Positions 1 to 11,366 are shown, numbered from the stretch's first letter. The stretch is DNA of 64,000 nucleotides from Eledone cirrhosa (GCA_964016885.1 OZ024754.1:39680001-39744000); one strand, 5' to 3'. The notes: generated by a model not told the origin, from the letters alone. Numbers and translations: made by a program.

Positions 1-145
1 TCAGGAAAGTGACAGATAATTATGCGAGGTAAAGCCTTTACCATGAAAATATAATAGTATATATAGAGTAATGTGAATGCTAAAGGGTTAAAACCTCAAT
101 GCTTCCTGAAATTTGCCAACACTATTATTATTATTATTATCAGGT

Positions 146-642
146 ATAATGAAATTATTGTATACAGTGCTCAGGTGCATGTAGAGTACATAGAATAATG
201 TACAAATGTCAGGGAAGTGAATAGTGTATGAGTCATGATATACATGTGTGCGTGTGTATGGAGGGGGGCGGGGGTATCAGGTATAGTGTTGGCAATTTCA
301 GGAATCATGGAGGTTTTAAGCCTTTAATGTTAAAACCGGCCACAATTCTCTACCTCTTTCTGTTGGAATTGGCTGTAACTGGCCGCTCAAACTGATGTTA
401 AGGTATTGTTCTCAAAATAAACACCTTCAAAATCTCATAGATTAGATATTATGTGAGATAATTATGCGAGGTAAAGCCTTTACCAGGAAAATATAATAGT
501 ATATATAGAGTAATGTAAATGCTAAAGGGTGAAAAGATGCAGTGACTCAGCAGCTAACAACTGATGCAGGTAGTTTGTTCCATGCTTCAGCAACTCTGAG
601 CGAGAAAAAAATGTTTCTGAAAGTCATGGAAGCTGTGCTGTT
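146..642 (-). mobile_element. CR1 LINE 3' end interrupted by a piggyBac-type MITE
   Basis: 146-319 and 530-642 join into the reverse complement of the 6040-6420 element; 320-529 is the inserted MITE. Confidence 0.8.
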
Positions 643-751
643 TATCTAGGTTAGTTTCGGATCATTAATCCACAAAAAAATTTGCAATAAAAGAATTATT
701 AAACTAAAAACTTGGTTTTGTACACTTTTTATATATAAAATACTACAGTTA

Positions 752-1008
752 GTGGTGATGATGATGACGATGGTGGTGACGATGATGGTGATGGTGATGA
801 TGATAGTGACGACGATGGTGATGATGATGATGATGACAACGATGATGATGATGACGATGATGATGGTGATGATGATGATGATAGTGACGATGATGATGAT
901 GATGATGATGATGACGATGATGGTGATGACGGTGATGGTGATGATGATGATGATGACGATGGTGGTGACGATGATGGTGATGATGATGGTGATGATGATG
1001 ATGGTGAT
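752..1008. repeat. Cryptic (GAT/GGT/GAC)n trinucleotide tract
   Basis: About 85 triplets; source of the poly-His, poly-Ser and poly-Met ORFs in the track. Confidence 0.95.
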
Positions 1009-1015
1009 AACTCAC

Positions 1016-1182
1016 CACTGTCCAATTGAAGGACAATACTGACACAGGTACATCAGTAAAAGTAAAGGATGTCTAGCAATCCACACTTCATCTAACTTGT
1101 TAGCAATAGCCAGTATTATGAGCCGGGCACAGCGTGCAGTATCCATTCGTCTATCGTTAGGATCCATTTTCATGCCATAATT
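1016..1182 (-). CDS. DHRS7: DHRS7-like SDR, coding exon 7 (penultimate; final exon not seen in window)
   Basis: NYGMKMDPNDRRMDTARCARLIILAIANKLDEVWIARHPLLLLMYLCQYCPSIGQW matches the DHRS7 C-terminal M.T.RC..L.....AN.L.EVWI pattern. tttccag acceptor, TG|gtgagt donor, phase 2. Confidence 0.93.
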
Positions 1183-1460
1183 CTGGAAATAGATAAAAAA
1201 AGGAAGCTATAATTATAAACATAGAGCTATATGGAGCAGAGTGGTTATTGTGACTGCTCTGCACATGTCCAGTCGAATTGTTAATCACACACAACATAGG
1301 CAAGATTTGTGTGAAGAGAACACTAGGTATTTATAATAATAATAATGAAATTATTGTGTACAGTGCTCAGGTGCACTACAACTCATCAAAGGTGCATGTA
1401 TAGTACATAGAATAATGTACAAATGTCAGGAAAATGAACAGTGTATGAGTCATGATATAA

Positions 1461-1812
1461 TGTTTTCTTTATTAACCACAAGGGTTTACATAAAGTAGAC
1501 ATTAAGGACAGTACAGGACGGTACAAATGGGCATTTCTGCGTGTAAAAAAAACAGAGGATGTAATAAAATAACAAAGAAAAATTCCCCAACAGGGGGGAG
1601 ACTTCCGAGGGACATTTGTGGAGAAAGCCTATTAAAAGACCACAGTGACCCTGACCACCAGGGCAAGTGCCCTCTCCCAGTTTTCCACCTTTAATTTACA
1701 GACACATACTCAGAGAAGGCCCATTCATTTGGGCCATACTTGCTTCTCTCACCCATCTTTCAACAAAATGCTGGGAAGAGAGCACTCCCCTCTCTACCCT
1801 GATTTTCCTTTT
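1461..1812 (-). mobile_element. L1/Tx1-like LINE 3' end
   Basis: KRKIRVERGVLSSQHFVERWVREASMAQMNGPSLSMCL* plus a 3' UTR ending gtggttaataaagaaaa. Related pieces lie at ~7725-7835 and ~8386-8690. Confidence 0.5.
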
Positions 1813-2245
1813 CAATAACAATAATAATAATAATGAAATATTGTGTACAGTGCCCAGGTGCACCACAACTCATCAAAAAGTGCATGTACAGTACTTCAAA
1901 TATCATGAAGACATATATATATATATATATATGTGAAGGCGCATGGCTTAGTGGTTAGAGCATTGGGCTTGCAATTGAAAGGTTGTGAGTTCAATTCTCA
2001 GACCAGGTGATGTGTTGTTTCCTAAGAGCAAGACAAGGTCAGCCGACCAGACACTGCCCACAGCAGGACAACCTGTCTAACCCATGCTAACGTGGAAGAA
2101 CAGACGTAAAATGGTGATGATGATATATATATATTTAGGTATTAAGGTGCAAGTTAGTTGCGTCCATAGGCAGTATGCAGAGTATCGATAGTATTAATAT
2201 ATAAAGGAACAAAGAATAAGTGTTGCATCATATACATATTTAATT

Positions 2246-2337
2246 ACATATTACATATGTTTCACTGTCGATCAGCTCGAGGAACGGTTTATTAATGATT
2301 GAACCTGGCTCAGGAATTGGAAGCTCCTCAGATATGT
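2246..2337 (-). ncRNA. Type I hammerhead ribozyme-like motif with long stem II insert
   Basis: On -: ACAUAU-CUGAGGA-(~60 nt)-GAAA-CAUAUG-UA-AUAUGU. Stem I is 6 bp perfect; GUA cleavage triplet. Confidence 0.65.
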
Positions 2338-2404
2338 TTTAACATGTAGACTCGTGAAGAAGAAGACAAAAAAGAGAAAGAAGAAGATAAAACAGATGTC
2401 TTAC

Positions 2405-2524
2405 CGCAGCAATAGTTCCAGTGAATGCATTTTCCAAGAGATTTGAGAAAGTTGGTCCTGGGCAGATAATTGTCACACCAATATTGTGGTTGTGCATTTC
2501 TAACCGAAGACTATCAAAATATCC
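2405..2524 (-). CDS. DHRS7: DHRS7-like SDR, coding exon 6
   Basis: GYFDSLRLEMHNHNIGVTIICPGPTFSNLLENAFTGTIAA (ICPGP motif); ttcag acceptor, gtaaga donor, phases 0/0. Confidence 0.95.
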
Positions 2525-2635
2525 CTGAAACAATAGAAATCTTTCTATTAAAATATATCACAAGCTTCATCGATTACATGAAGTACATTGTTGGCTAAGT
2601 TCTAGAATCTAACATGACTCATGAAACCCTTTCCT

Positions 2636-3069
2636 GTACAGGGATCTCCTTGTGTCACAGGGATCTCCTTGTGCCACAGAGGTCTCATTGTGTCACAGGG
2701 GTCTCCTTGTGTTATGACGGTCTGTTTGTGTCATGATAGTTTGTTTATGTCAGAGCAGTCAGTTTGTGTCACAGGGGTCAGTTTGTGTCACAGCAGTCAG
2801 TTTGTGTCACAGCAGTCAGTTTGTGTCACAGCAGTCAGTTTATGTCACAGCAGTCAGTTTATGTCACTGCAGTCAGTTTGTGTCACAGCAGTCTGTTTGT
2901 GTCACAGCAGTTAGTTTTTGTCACAGCAGTCAGTTTATGTCACAGCAGTCAGTTTGTGTCACAGCAGTCTGTTTGTGTCACAGCAGTCAGTTTGTGTCAC
3001 AGCAGTCAGTTTATGTCACAGCAGTCAGTTTATGTCACAGCAGTCAGTTTGTGTCACAGCAATCAGTTT
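2636..3069. repeat. 19-bp minisatellite (~23 units) in a DHRS7 intron
   Basis: Unit cagtttgtgtcacagcagt; the first units are gggatctccttgtgtcaca. Confidence 0.95.
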
Positions 3070-3408
3070 GAAGATTTCATTTATGTTATGCAGCTTGCAG
3101 AAGAAACAAATAAAAAAAATATATATAATAATCAGAAAAAAACCCCAAAGACACCCAATTACACACCAAAACAGGGAATTATGGTGATTCTTTCTAATAA
3201 TATTGAAATATATATTTTGCCAAAATTTAAAACATTAAACTTGTTATTAAATATATTTCTTTTCTTTTCTTTGTGTGTGTGTGAGTGTGTGCGGGGTGGG
3301 TGTGGTCACCTTTGTTTTATGGTTGGTATGGACGATTGTTCATTTGTAAATCTGGTTCCGAACAGAGAACTTATATGAACTAAATCAAAACACACAGACT
3401 ATACTAAC

Positions 3409-3455
3409 CTGGAGGGCGTGCTTGGCACCATTATAAGAAGCAGAATAATGGGCAC
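3409..3455 (-). CDS. DHRS7: DHRS7-like SDR, coding exon 5 (catalytic YxxxK)
   Basis: GAHYSASYNGAKHALQ, containing YNGAK. tttttccag acceptor, CAG|gttagt donor, 47 nt, phases 1/0. Not in the ORF track. Confidence 0.93.
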
Positions 3456-3760
3456 CTGGAAAAAAGCAAGGAAAAGGTTAATAAATAAATATATATATAT
3501 CTCATCATCATCATCATCATCATCATCATCGTTTAACGTCCATCTTCTACGCTAGCATGGGGTAGACAGGTTTGTCCCATTTAGAGGCAAGTTGGGTCAG
3601 GTGACCATGTCTTGCTCATACAGAACTGATTCTGGCTTGGTTTCGCCCTTCCTAAGGCCAATCTCATTTACAGTGAGTATTGGATGCCTTTTGTCGTGAC
3701 TCCTACACAACCACTTTACAGTGTGGGATAAGCACTTTTTGCCATGTCACCATCATGACC

Positions 3761-3795
<35 letters not shown>

Positions 3796-3852
3796 AAAAA
3801 ATAACAACAGAGTGTATTAGTGTATTATATTGAAAAGATAACAAATATATAT

Positions 3853-3892
<40 letters not shown>

Positions 3893-4261
3893 CATTTTCA
3901 TCATCATTTCATTTTTACGTCCGCTTTTCCCTGCTTTACCCTGCTTGCAAGGGTGGGACGGGAATTGAGGCTAGCTTGATTTCTACAGCTGGATGCCCTT
4001 CCTAACACCAACCTCATTTACAGTGAGTGCTGGGTGCTTTTTTGCCGTGGCACCTCCATGATCACTTTGCAGTGATATATATATATATATATATACACAC
4101 TCATAGATAGAGGCATGCAAACATACATTTGTAATTGAAATTTAAAAAAATTTCATGCAATAATGTTCACATGTAAAATAAAAGAATAATCAAATTGTTT
4201 CATTAAAAAATAAAATTAAATACTAGATGAAATTTACAGAAATATAAAATATCAACAGTAC

Positions 4262-4454
4262 CTATTTTCCCTTCAACTGCTCCCATTACAACTATCTGTC
4301 CTTCTCCTCTGTTTATCATGTGAGGTAGTACGTTCTTGGTGATAGATAATGTACCAAGAACATTTAATTCCATACAATATCGGTCCACATCCAACGATGT
4401 CTCTTCCCATGCTGCCCGTTGGCTGCGACCAGCATTATTTATTAAAATATCAAT
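4262..4454 (-). CDS. DHRS7: DHRS7-like SDR, coding exon 4
   Basis: IDILINNAGRSQRAAWEETSLDVDRYCMELNVLGTLSITKNVLPHMINRGEGQIVVMGAVEGKI: NNAG motif and DHRS7-type GRSQR. ccatag acceptor, G|gtactg donor, phases 0/1. Confidence 0.95.
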
Positions 4455-4556
4455 CTATGGAAGACATAATTAAAGTTGATTAATAAAATATCTCATTGAA
4501 CAATATCATATTCTAGATAAATGATTAATATATGTACAGGGTGTCCCCCCCCCCCC

Positions 4557-4648
4557 AAAAAAAAATGTATACACACTTTGATTACGTGTAGAGGCAATAT
4601 TTATTGGAATGCTGTAGAAGTGTGTATACATTTTTGGGGGACACCCTG
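4557..4648. mobile_element. Tc1/mariner-type MITE
   Basis: TA[cagggtgtccccc...gggggacaccctg]TA with long TIRs. A second copy lies at ~33664-33741. Confidence 0.75.
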
Positions 4649-5327
4649 TATATATATATCATCATCATCATCATCATCATCATCGTTTAACGTCCGTGTT
4701 CCACGCTTGCATGGGTTTGGACGGGGGTTTTCCCACTTGAGGCAAGAGTGATTGTCTTGTTCGCATAGGACTGTCTGGCGGGTTTTCTACAGCTGGATGC
4801 CCTTCCTAACACCAACCACATTTACAGTGTGGGCACATTTACAGTATATATATATATATATATACACAAATATTTATTGGAATTTTTGTATTTCTAAAAA
4901 AATACGATATGTTTATAAATAAACATTTAGAAAGCCATAGCTATGAATAACACTGGCAGCCAACACCACCAAGCGGTGTTCGGCAGAAGCATACCATATT
5001 TTGGACCAAAGAAAGAATGTTTCTATTAGTCTTTCCATTGCTGATACTATCTACCGGTTGCAACTCCTGATAGAAGGGGCAACATGAAATAAAGTGTCTT
5101 GCTCAAGGACACAAGGCATTACCCGGTCCGAGAATTAAACTCGCAACCTCACGATTGCGAATCTAACTTTCTAACCACTCAGCCACACACCCCTTCACCA
5201 AATGGTTATGGTGATGTTGTTAATGTGGTCTCTCATTTATTACTGTATAACAAATTGAAGTAAAAGTTATTGTTAATTATTGGCTATAATGTCGGTTGCA
5301 GGATATTAGATAATTTGGTTTATTTAC

Positions 5328-5434
5328 CTGAGAATAATACTGTAAGACACTCATCACAGCATTGGAATGGCTTCCAAAATCCAACAAGTCCATAGGCACC
5401 ACCAATACATCATCTGGAGAAACACGGCCATTTT
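5328..5434 (-). CDS. DHRS7: DHRS7-like SDR, coding exon 3
   Basis: ENGRVSPDDVLVVPMDLLDFGSHSNAVMSVLQYYSQ; ttatag acceptor, CAG|gtaaat donor, phases 1/0. Confidence 0.92.
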
Positions 5435-5564
5435 CTATAATGTGAGGGAAATAAAACAATACATTGACATGCTGTTCACATTAAAAATACAAGCTGTGAC
5501 TCGTGGACAAACTGGTAAAAGCATTGATATGGAGAATTATATCACAGCTGTGACCTGTGGTAAA

Positions 5565-5882
5565 AGGGTTAAAGACCCCCTTTGGTCATGAATGACTATA
5601 GGATTTGCACCTGGAAAGTTTCCCTCCGAGGCACAAGTCCGGGCAAGGTTGTTTGTGGAAGACCAGTAGTTGCCCATACATACCAGTCTACCCTCTCCAC
5701 GCCACCGATGTTGTCCAAGGGAAAGACTATAGCTGATACAGCTTGGCACCAGTGATATCGCAACTCATTAAACTCAATGTGAAATAAAGTATCTTGCCCA
5801 AGAGCACAACGCAAAGCCCAGTCCGAGAATAGAACTCACAACCTCACGATTGTAAGCTCGACGCTCTAACCACTCAGCCATA
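5565..5882 (-). mobile_element. tRNA-derived SINE (family 2, different 3' body)
   Basis: tggctgagtggttagagcg...gagttctattc head and the same CORE-like block as family 1, but a distinct tail ending gggggtctttaaccc. A related head with a third tail lies at ~4950-5190. Confidence 0.7.
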
Positions 5883-6039
5883 ACCCATGGACAAGATGAT
5901 CAAAGCATTGATGTGGAGAATAGCCAGCAATACCCACTGCATCAGTCACTCCACTATGAAAGACCCCTTACTCAGGCGTGATACCCTTGTCCTGATTTGG
6001 CTGAGGAAAATGGCAGTCCAAGGACTGAGGACATCAAAG

Positions 6040-6420
6040 GTCTTCACACGTGGGCATGCCAACAAAGTCAGAAAACAGCACAGCTCCCATGACTTTCGGA
6101 AACATTTTTTCACGCTCAGAGTTGCTGAAGCATGGAACAAACTACCTGCATCAGTTGTTAGCTGTCGAGACACTACATCCTTTGAAACCTCCATGGAACA
6201 AACTACCTGCATCAGTTGTTAGTTGTCGAGACACTGCATCCTTTAAAACCTCCATGCTTCCTGAGATTCGCCAACACTACACCTAATATTCCCCCTCCAT
6301 GCACATGCACACATGTATATCATGACTCATACACTTCCCTGACATTTGTACATTATTTTATGTACTATACATGTACCTTTGATGAGTTGTAGTGCACCTG
6401 AGCACTGTACACAATAATAT
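6040..6420 (+). mobile_element. CR1-clade LINE 3' end (5'-truncated)
   Basis: TRGHANKVRKQHSSHDFRKHFFTLRVAEAWNKLPASVV matches the CR1 ORF2 C-terminal signature, followed by a 3' UTR ending gcacctgagcactgtacacaataat. 3' UTR-only copies lie at ~1338-1458(-), 1825-1890(-), 6433-6580(+) and 7015-7175(-). Confidence 0.85.
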
Positions 6421-6654
6421 ATATATATTATATACACACATGTATCTGTGCGTATATCATGACTCATACACTGTTCATTTCCCTGACATTTGTACATTAT
6501 TCTATGTACTATACATGGACCTTTGATGAGTTGTAGTGCACCTGAGCACTGTACACAATAATTTCATTATTATTATCATTATTATTTAATATTGATGATT
6601 AAATACAAGAAATATAACATAATATCATTTGAAGGAGATAATATTTTATATATA

Positions 6655-7007
6655 TCATCATCATTATCATCATCATCATTCCATTTTATGTCCGCTTTTT
6701 CCCTGCTTGCAAGGGTGGGACGGGAACTGATTCTGGCTTGATTTCTACAGCTGGATGCCCTTCCTAACCCCAACCTCATTTACAGTGAGTGGTGGGTGCT
6801 TTTTTGCCGTGGCACCTCCACGACCACTTTGCAGTGGAATGATAGGGACCCCAGTCCCTATCATCTCATTTCTACAGCTGAGTAAACTGGAGCAATGTGA
6901 AATAAAGTGTCTTGCTCAAGGAAACAACACATCACCCGGTCTGAGAATTGAACTCACAACCTTTCGATTGCAAGGCCAATGCTCTAACCACTAAGCCATG
7001 TGCCTCC
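6655..7007 (-). mobile_element. Full-length tRNA-derived SINE (family 1) with RTE-type tail
   Basis: Head with A box (tggcttagtgg) and B box (gagttcaattc), CORE-like ccttgagcaagacactt, and 3' cccacccttgcaagcagggaaaaagcggac followed by (GAT)n. Confidence 0.85.
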
Positions 7008-7182
7008 ATATATATAATGAAATTATTGTGTAAAGTGCTCAGGTGCACTACAACTCGTCAAATGTGCATGCATAGTACATAGAATAATACACAAATGTCA
7101 GGGAAGTGAATAGTGTATGAGTCATGATATACATGTGTGTATGTGTATGGAAGGGGAAGATTAGGTGTAGTGTTTAACTTAC

Positions 7183-7332
7183 CTACACATTGATGTTTGA
7201 CACGTTCCAGTTCATCAGGACGTCGTGCAGACAGTACCAACTTACATCCAGCAGCAGCAAATTCTAAAGCTAATTGTTCTCCAACTCCACTAGATGCTCC
7301 TGTTATCCACACCACTTGACCACTTAACGCAG
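7183..7332 (-). CDS. DHRS7: DHRS7-like SDR, coding exon 2 (Rossmann fold)
   Basis: ALSGQVVWITGASSGVGEQLALEFAAAGCKLVLSARRPDELERVKHQCV: TGxxxGxG motif and LSARR (basic residue suggesting NADP(H) preference). tttttcag acceptor, gtaagt donor, phases 1/1. Confidence 0.95.
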
Positions 7333-8200
7333 CTGAAAAACAAAAGTAAAAAGGATAACATGTGGAAGCATGTGATGTCCTTTCTTCAGTAAATGAAAAA
7401 AGGAAATTAGTTGATCATCAGATCTGACTAACGAAAGAATGTTCCCATTGATCTTTTCATTGTTGATACTATCTGCTGGTCACAACTCCTGACAAAAGGT
7501 TCAACATGAAATAAAGTATTGGGTCGTCAAAGATGAGATTTGTAGAAATTTGTTTTTTTTTCTACAAATTTTTACAAATTTCATACTTGATGACCCAATA
7601 TTTTGCTGAAGAACACAACCCACCATCAGGTCTACTATAAGCCACAACCTTACAATCATGATTCCAACTCCTAGCCATTAGCTACTTGTGCCAGATATGT
7701 ATGGCTTTCTAAATGTCCATCTGTTAACAAAAATTCCCCAATAAGGGGAAGGGGGGGGGGGGGGGTTCTGAGGGTCACTCATGGCGAAAACCACACAAAA
7801 GACCACGGCAAGAACCCTCTCTCAGTTCTCCCACCCTGCCAGGTCTAGGAATCAAACTCACAACTTTATAATCATGATTCCAACACCGAGCCAATGGCTA
7901 CTTGTGCTAGATATGTGGGGCTATCTAAATACCCATCTGTTAACAATTTAGCAAGCTTAGTTTAGGTATTACAACTAAATGAAGATTACAATCATTTAGA
8001 ATGTGCGCGAAATATGTAGACACAGATCTGACCTCTGTACATTCTTGGGGTCAAGGTAAATCGGGGATCAAAGAATCCACACAGGAAGCAATGATCTAAA
8101 AGGTTGAAGGATCAGTGTGTAAATCCTAAAGCTACTGGTCCCTATTGTGTTGGACATAAATTAATACACATCACTACATCCGGTACTGATGAGAACTTAC

Positions 8201-8324
8201 CCATTGAGTTGCCAAATTTCAATTTCCATTGTAGAATGAGATCACAGTCTGAAGCAAGAAGTCGGATCAGTTGAACAGCATAGAAGACGCAAATGAAGGA
8301 AACTATCAATGTAAGGAACACCAT
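8201..8324 (-). CDS. DHRS7: DHRS7-like SDR, coding exon 1 (N-terminal signal anchor)
   Basis: MVFLTLIVSFICVFYAVQLIRLLASDCDLILQWKLKFGNSM: hydrophobic anchor followed by the DCDL motif typical of DHRS7. Acceptor ttccattgtag lies 4 nt before the ATG (exon starts at 8328). Donor G|gtaagt, phase 1. Confidence 0.88.
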
Positions 8325-8345
8325 ATTTCTACAATGGAAATATAC

Positions 8346-8390
<45 letters not shown>

Positions 8391-9904
8391 TTTGTTGGCC
8401 ACAAGGGCTCACATATAGGGGCCAATACAATATACTGGGACAGTGGGGCAGGGGGGTACACAAAAATCGAGTAAAAAATAGGGAAACACTAACAATAAAC
8501 AAGAAAAATACAACAATGGAAATTCCCCAATAGGGAGGGGAGGATAACCACCCAGGGTTGATTCAGGTACCCCACCAATCCTGAACCAGCTGACACTTCG
8601 AGGGCACCGCTCTCCTCCTCAAATTCAGCAGCCTACAGGCGCATGATCAGAGTAGGCCCACTCACATGGGTCATTCTCACCACATCCCAGCAATTATCCC
8701 AGTACATTACTGAGGCCTGAGTTCGAATCCCGCCGAGGTTAACTTTGCCTTTCATCCTTACAGGGTCGATAAAATAAAGTACCAGTCAATTACTGGGGTT
8801 GATTATAATCGACTTTCCAGACCGGTCAGGTGACTACGTCCTTCACGTATACTTTGTTTTGGTTTGGTTTCTATGGCTGGATGCCCTTCCTTAGACCAAC
8901 CACCTTACAGGATGGACTGGGTGCTTTTCATCGTGGCACCAGCATTACCACCTTACAGGGTTGAGTGGGTGCTGTTGTAGTGGCACCAGCACTACCTCAT
9001 TACAGTACTAAAGTCCTCAGTATACTTGCTCTTGTCGGGGAAGTATTTGTGAGGGTTGAGGCATGGGTGCAGATGTTATACTGTTGGAGGCAGAAGGAGG
9101 GGGTCATGATGATGGCCTTAAACCAAGTGGATGCTGTCTGGAAACAGAAAATTATAATTATGGTGGGGTAGGGAATAGGCACGGCTGTGTTAAAACTCTT
9201 GGGGTTTATTTTATAGTTTCAACTATTGACATGATTTAACTGAATAGTGAAGCAGCGACCTAAATAAAATACTAGTTTACAATTGTAGTCTGATCTGCCA
9301 CTAGTCTGTATTGCCCACAGCTATATAATAATAATTATTATCAAAGAAAAATACCAGAAAAATTGCTAACTTAAAGCTGTTATTAGAATGTTCCAGGCTG
9401 GTGCACATATTTAAATTAACAAACACACAAACAAATAAATAAATAGATAAAACCAAACCCAAAAAATAAGGAGGAATAAAATTTGTGAAAATTATTGAAA
9501 GAAATATTAATGAAACATTGTAGGATTTAAATTAGTTTTCAATATTTTCTTTGATAGTGATATTTTTCTAAAGAAATATAAAAATAGATTTATGATGATA
9601 AGGGTCTTAGCATTGATTAGATTATCATGCAGATTAGCTGTATTATGTGTGTTTTGTCAGTGTAAGAAGATCAATGTCTCTAGAAATAACAAAATGCCAA
9701 GAGTAAATATTAATTTGAACTCCACTCTTATTGTCAATGCTATTTTAATTATAATTGTTTTTTTCCCCCCATGGTGAAGGTTTATTTAGAGGGAATAGAT
9801 CGGCCTTAACCTATTTTAGGATTTATAAATAAAATTTTGAAATAAAGAGGAAAAGAAAAAGAAATGCTATAGTCTTTTAAATTTGAAAAAAAAAATGTTC
9901 TAGT

Positions 9905-10117
9905 TCACCACCACCACCACCACCACCACCACCACCCTCCACTTCCCCCTCCTGCTCCTCACCGCCACCCTCCCCTTTCCCTCCACCACCACCACCCTCC
10001 TCACCACTACCATCATCACCACCATCACCATCACCACCACCACCACCACCAGCAGCACCACCACCATCACCACCACCAGCACCATCGTCACCACCACCAT
10101 CATCACCCTCACCATCA
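9905..10117. repeat. (CAC/CAT)n low-complexity tract
   Basis: Expanded tail of a SINE remnant that continues to ~10330. Confidence 0.85.
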
Positions 10118-10601
10118 TTTAACATCCATGTTTCCCTGCTAACAAGGATTAGACAGGTCTTTACAGATCAAGTCAGTACTGAAGCGAGGTTCCTGACCTG
10201 GGCCAGGTGGTGGTCAGCATCTCACTTACATACAGTCTCACGCTCTACCGAGTGCACCAGCACTTAAGGAGTTGTCATGTCAATTTGAGTCACAGTTTTA
10301 CAGACAGCTGATCTTCCTGATGCCAACCAGGCATTGAGGGATCAATTTGAGTCACTGTTTTATGGACAGGTGATTTTCCGGATATCAACCTGGGATTGAG
10401 GGAACTTATGTCACTGTTTTATAGACAGATGACCTTCTTGGTGTCAACTTGGGATCAAGGGAACAATTTGAGTCACTTTTTTATGGTTAATTAACTCACC
10501 TAGATAGTAGAAGCTATCAACCACTTCTATGGACCCTTGATTGAAAACGTTTTATATCACTGACACTCTTCCCATAAATTACCCCTGTGCATCTTCTACA
10601 T

Positions 10602-10906
10602 CAGGGGTGTGCAATATATTCCATTGGCGGATCATTTTTGAACATTAAAACAACTATTAGGGCCATAATATTTATAAAGCAGTATTCCAAAGATTCACCA
10701 CAATTTCTTTCCATATCATGGAACTGGGAAATTACAACACACATAACCCTATTAGTATAGGTCAACTAACAGAAAATTGTATTACGTTTATGAAAAAAAT
10801 TCTAAATAAGCCTACAAGGTAAAAATTAAAAACGGTCATCGCAGGCCACTCTGACTGCTCTAGCAGGCCTGATCGTGGCCTACGGGCTGCCTGTTTCATT
10901 CCCCTG
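10602..10906. mobile_element. hAT-type non-autonomous DNA transposon
   Basis: Ends cagggg...cccctg with a perfect 8-bp TSD ttctacat (10594-10601 and 10907-10914) and GC-rich subterminal gcggatc/ggcctacggg. Confidence 0.85.
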
Positions 10907-11145
10907 TTCTACATAGTCTTCCCTTCCTGTTGGTCACCTGACATGACTAATATAACCTGACAAACCATCTAACCCACCCAAACATGGAAAATAGATGTTG
11001 ATTTGAAAGTAATCAAGAATTTGGAAGGATTTAGTAATATAACTTAACTTGGTTAATTATGAACCTCGTGTTTGGAGCATAACATAACAAAGGTTCTTAC
11101 ATAAAATTATGATGGAAGGTTTTTAGATAAATATAAACACTTTAA

Positions 11146-11366
11146 CCCTTTAGCATTTAAACCGGCCATATCCAACCAGAATTCTCTCACCCCTGTCTGC
11201 TCAAACCGGCTGTAACTGGCCATTCATATTGACGTTAAGGTATTGTTCCCAAAATAAATAACATCAAAATCTCATAGATTCAATAATATTTGAGATAATT
11301 ACGTAAGATAAAGCCTTTACCACAAAAATACAATAGTATATATAGAGTAATATAAATGCTAAAGGG
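11146..11366. mobile_element. piggyBac-type MITE family P1
   Basis: TTAA[ccctttagcattta...taaatgctaaaggg]TTAA, 221 bp. Other copies at 1-87 (partial), 320-529 and 60930-61143. Confidence 0.85.

Noticed and set aside
1-750. Final coding exon of DHRS7
   Set aside because: The region consists of MITE, CR1 and AT-rich sequence with no convincing phase-2 exon; it probably lies beyond the window start.
729-1045. Poly-His, poly-Ser and poly-Met ORFs
   Set aside because: Translations of an intronic (GAT)n tract starting just after the DHRS7 exon 7 donor; not independent genes.
2621-3378. Cys/Ser/Gln-rich ORFs up to 204 aa
   Set aside because: Read-through of the 19-bp minisatellite antisense to a DHRS7 intron.
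9877-10125. Gly/Asp-rich and Val-rich ORFs
   Set aside because: Translation of a (CAC)n microsatellite.
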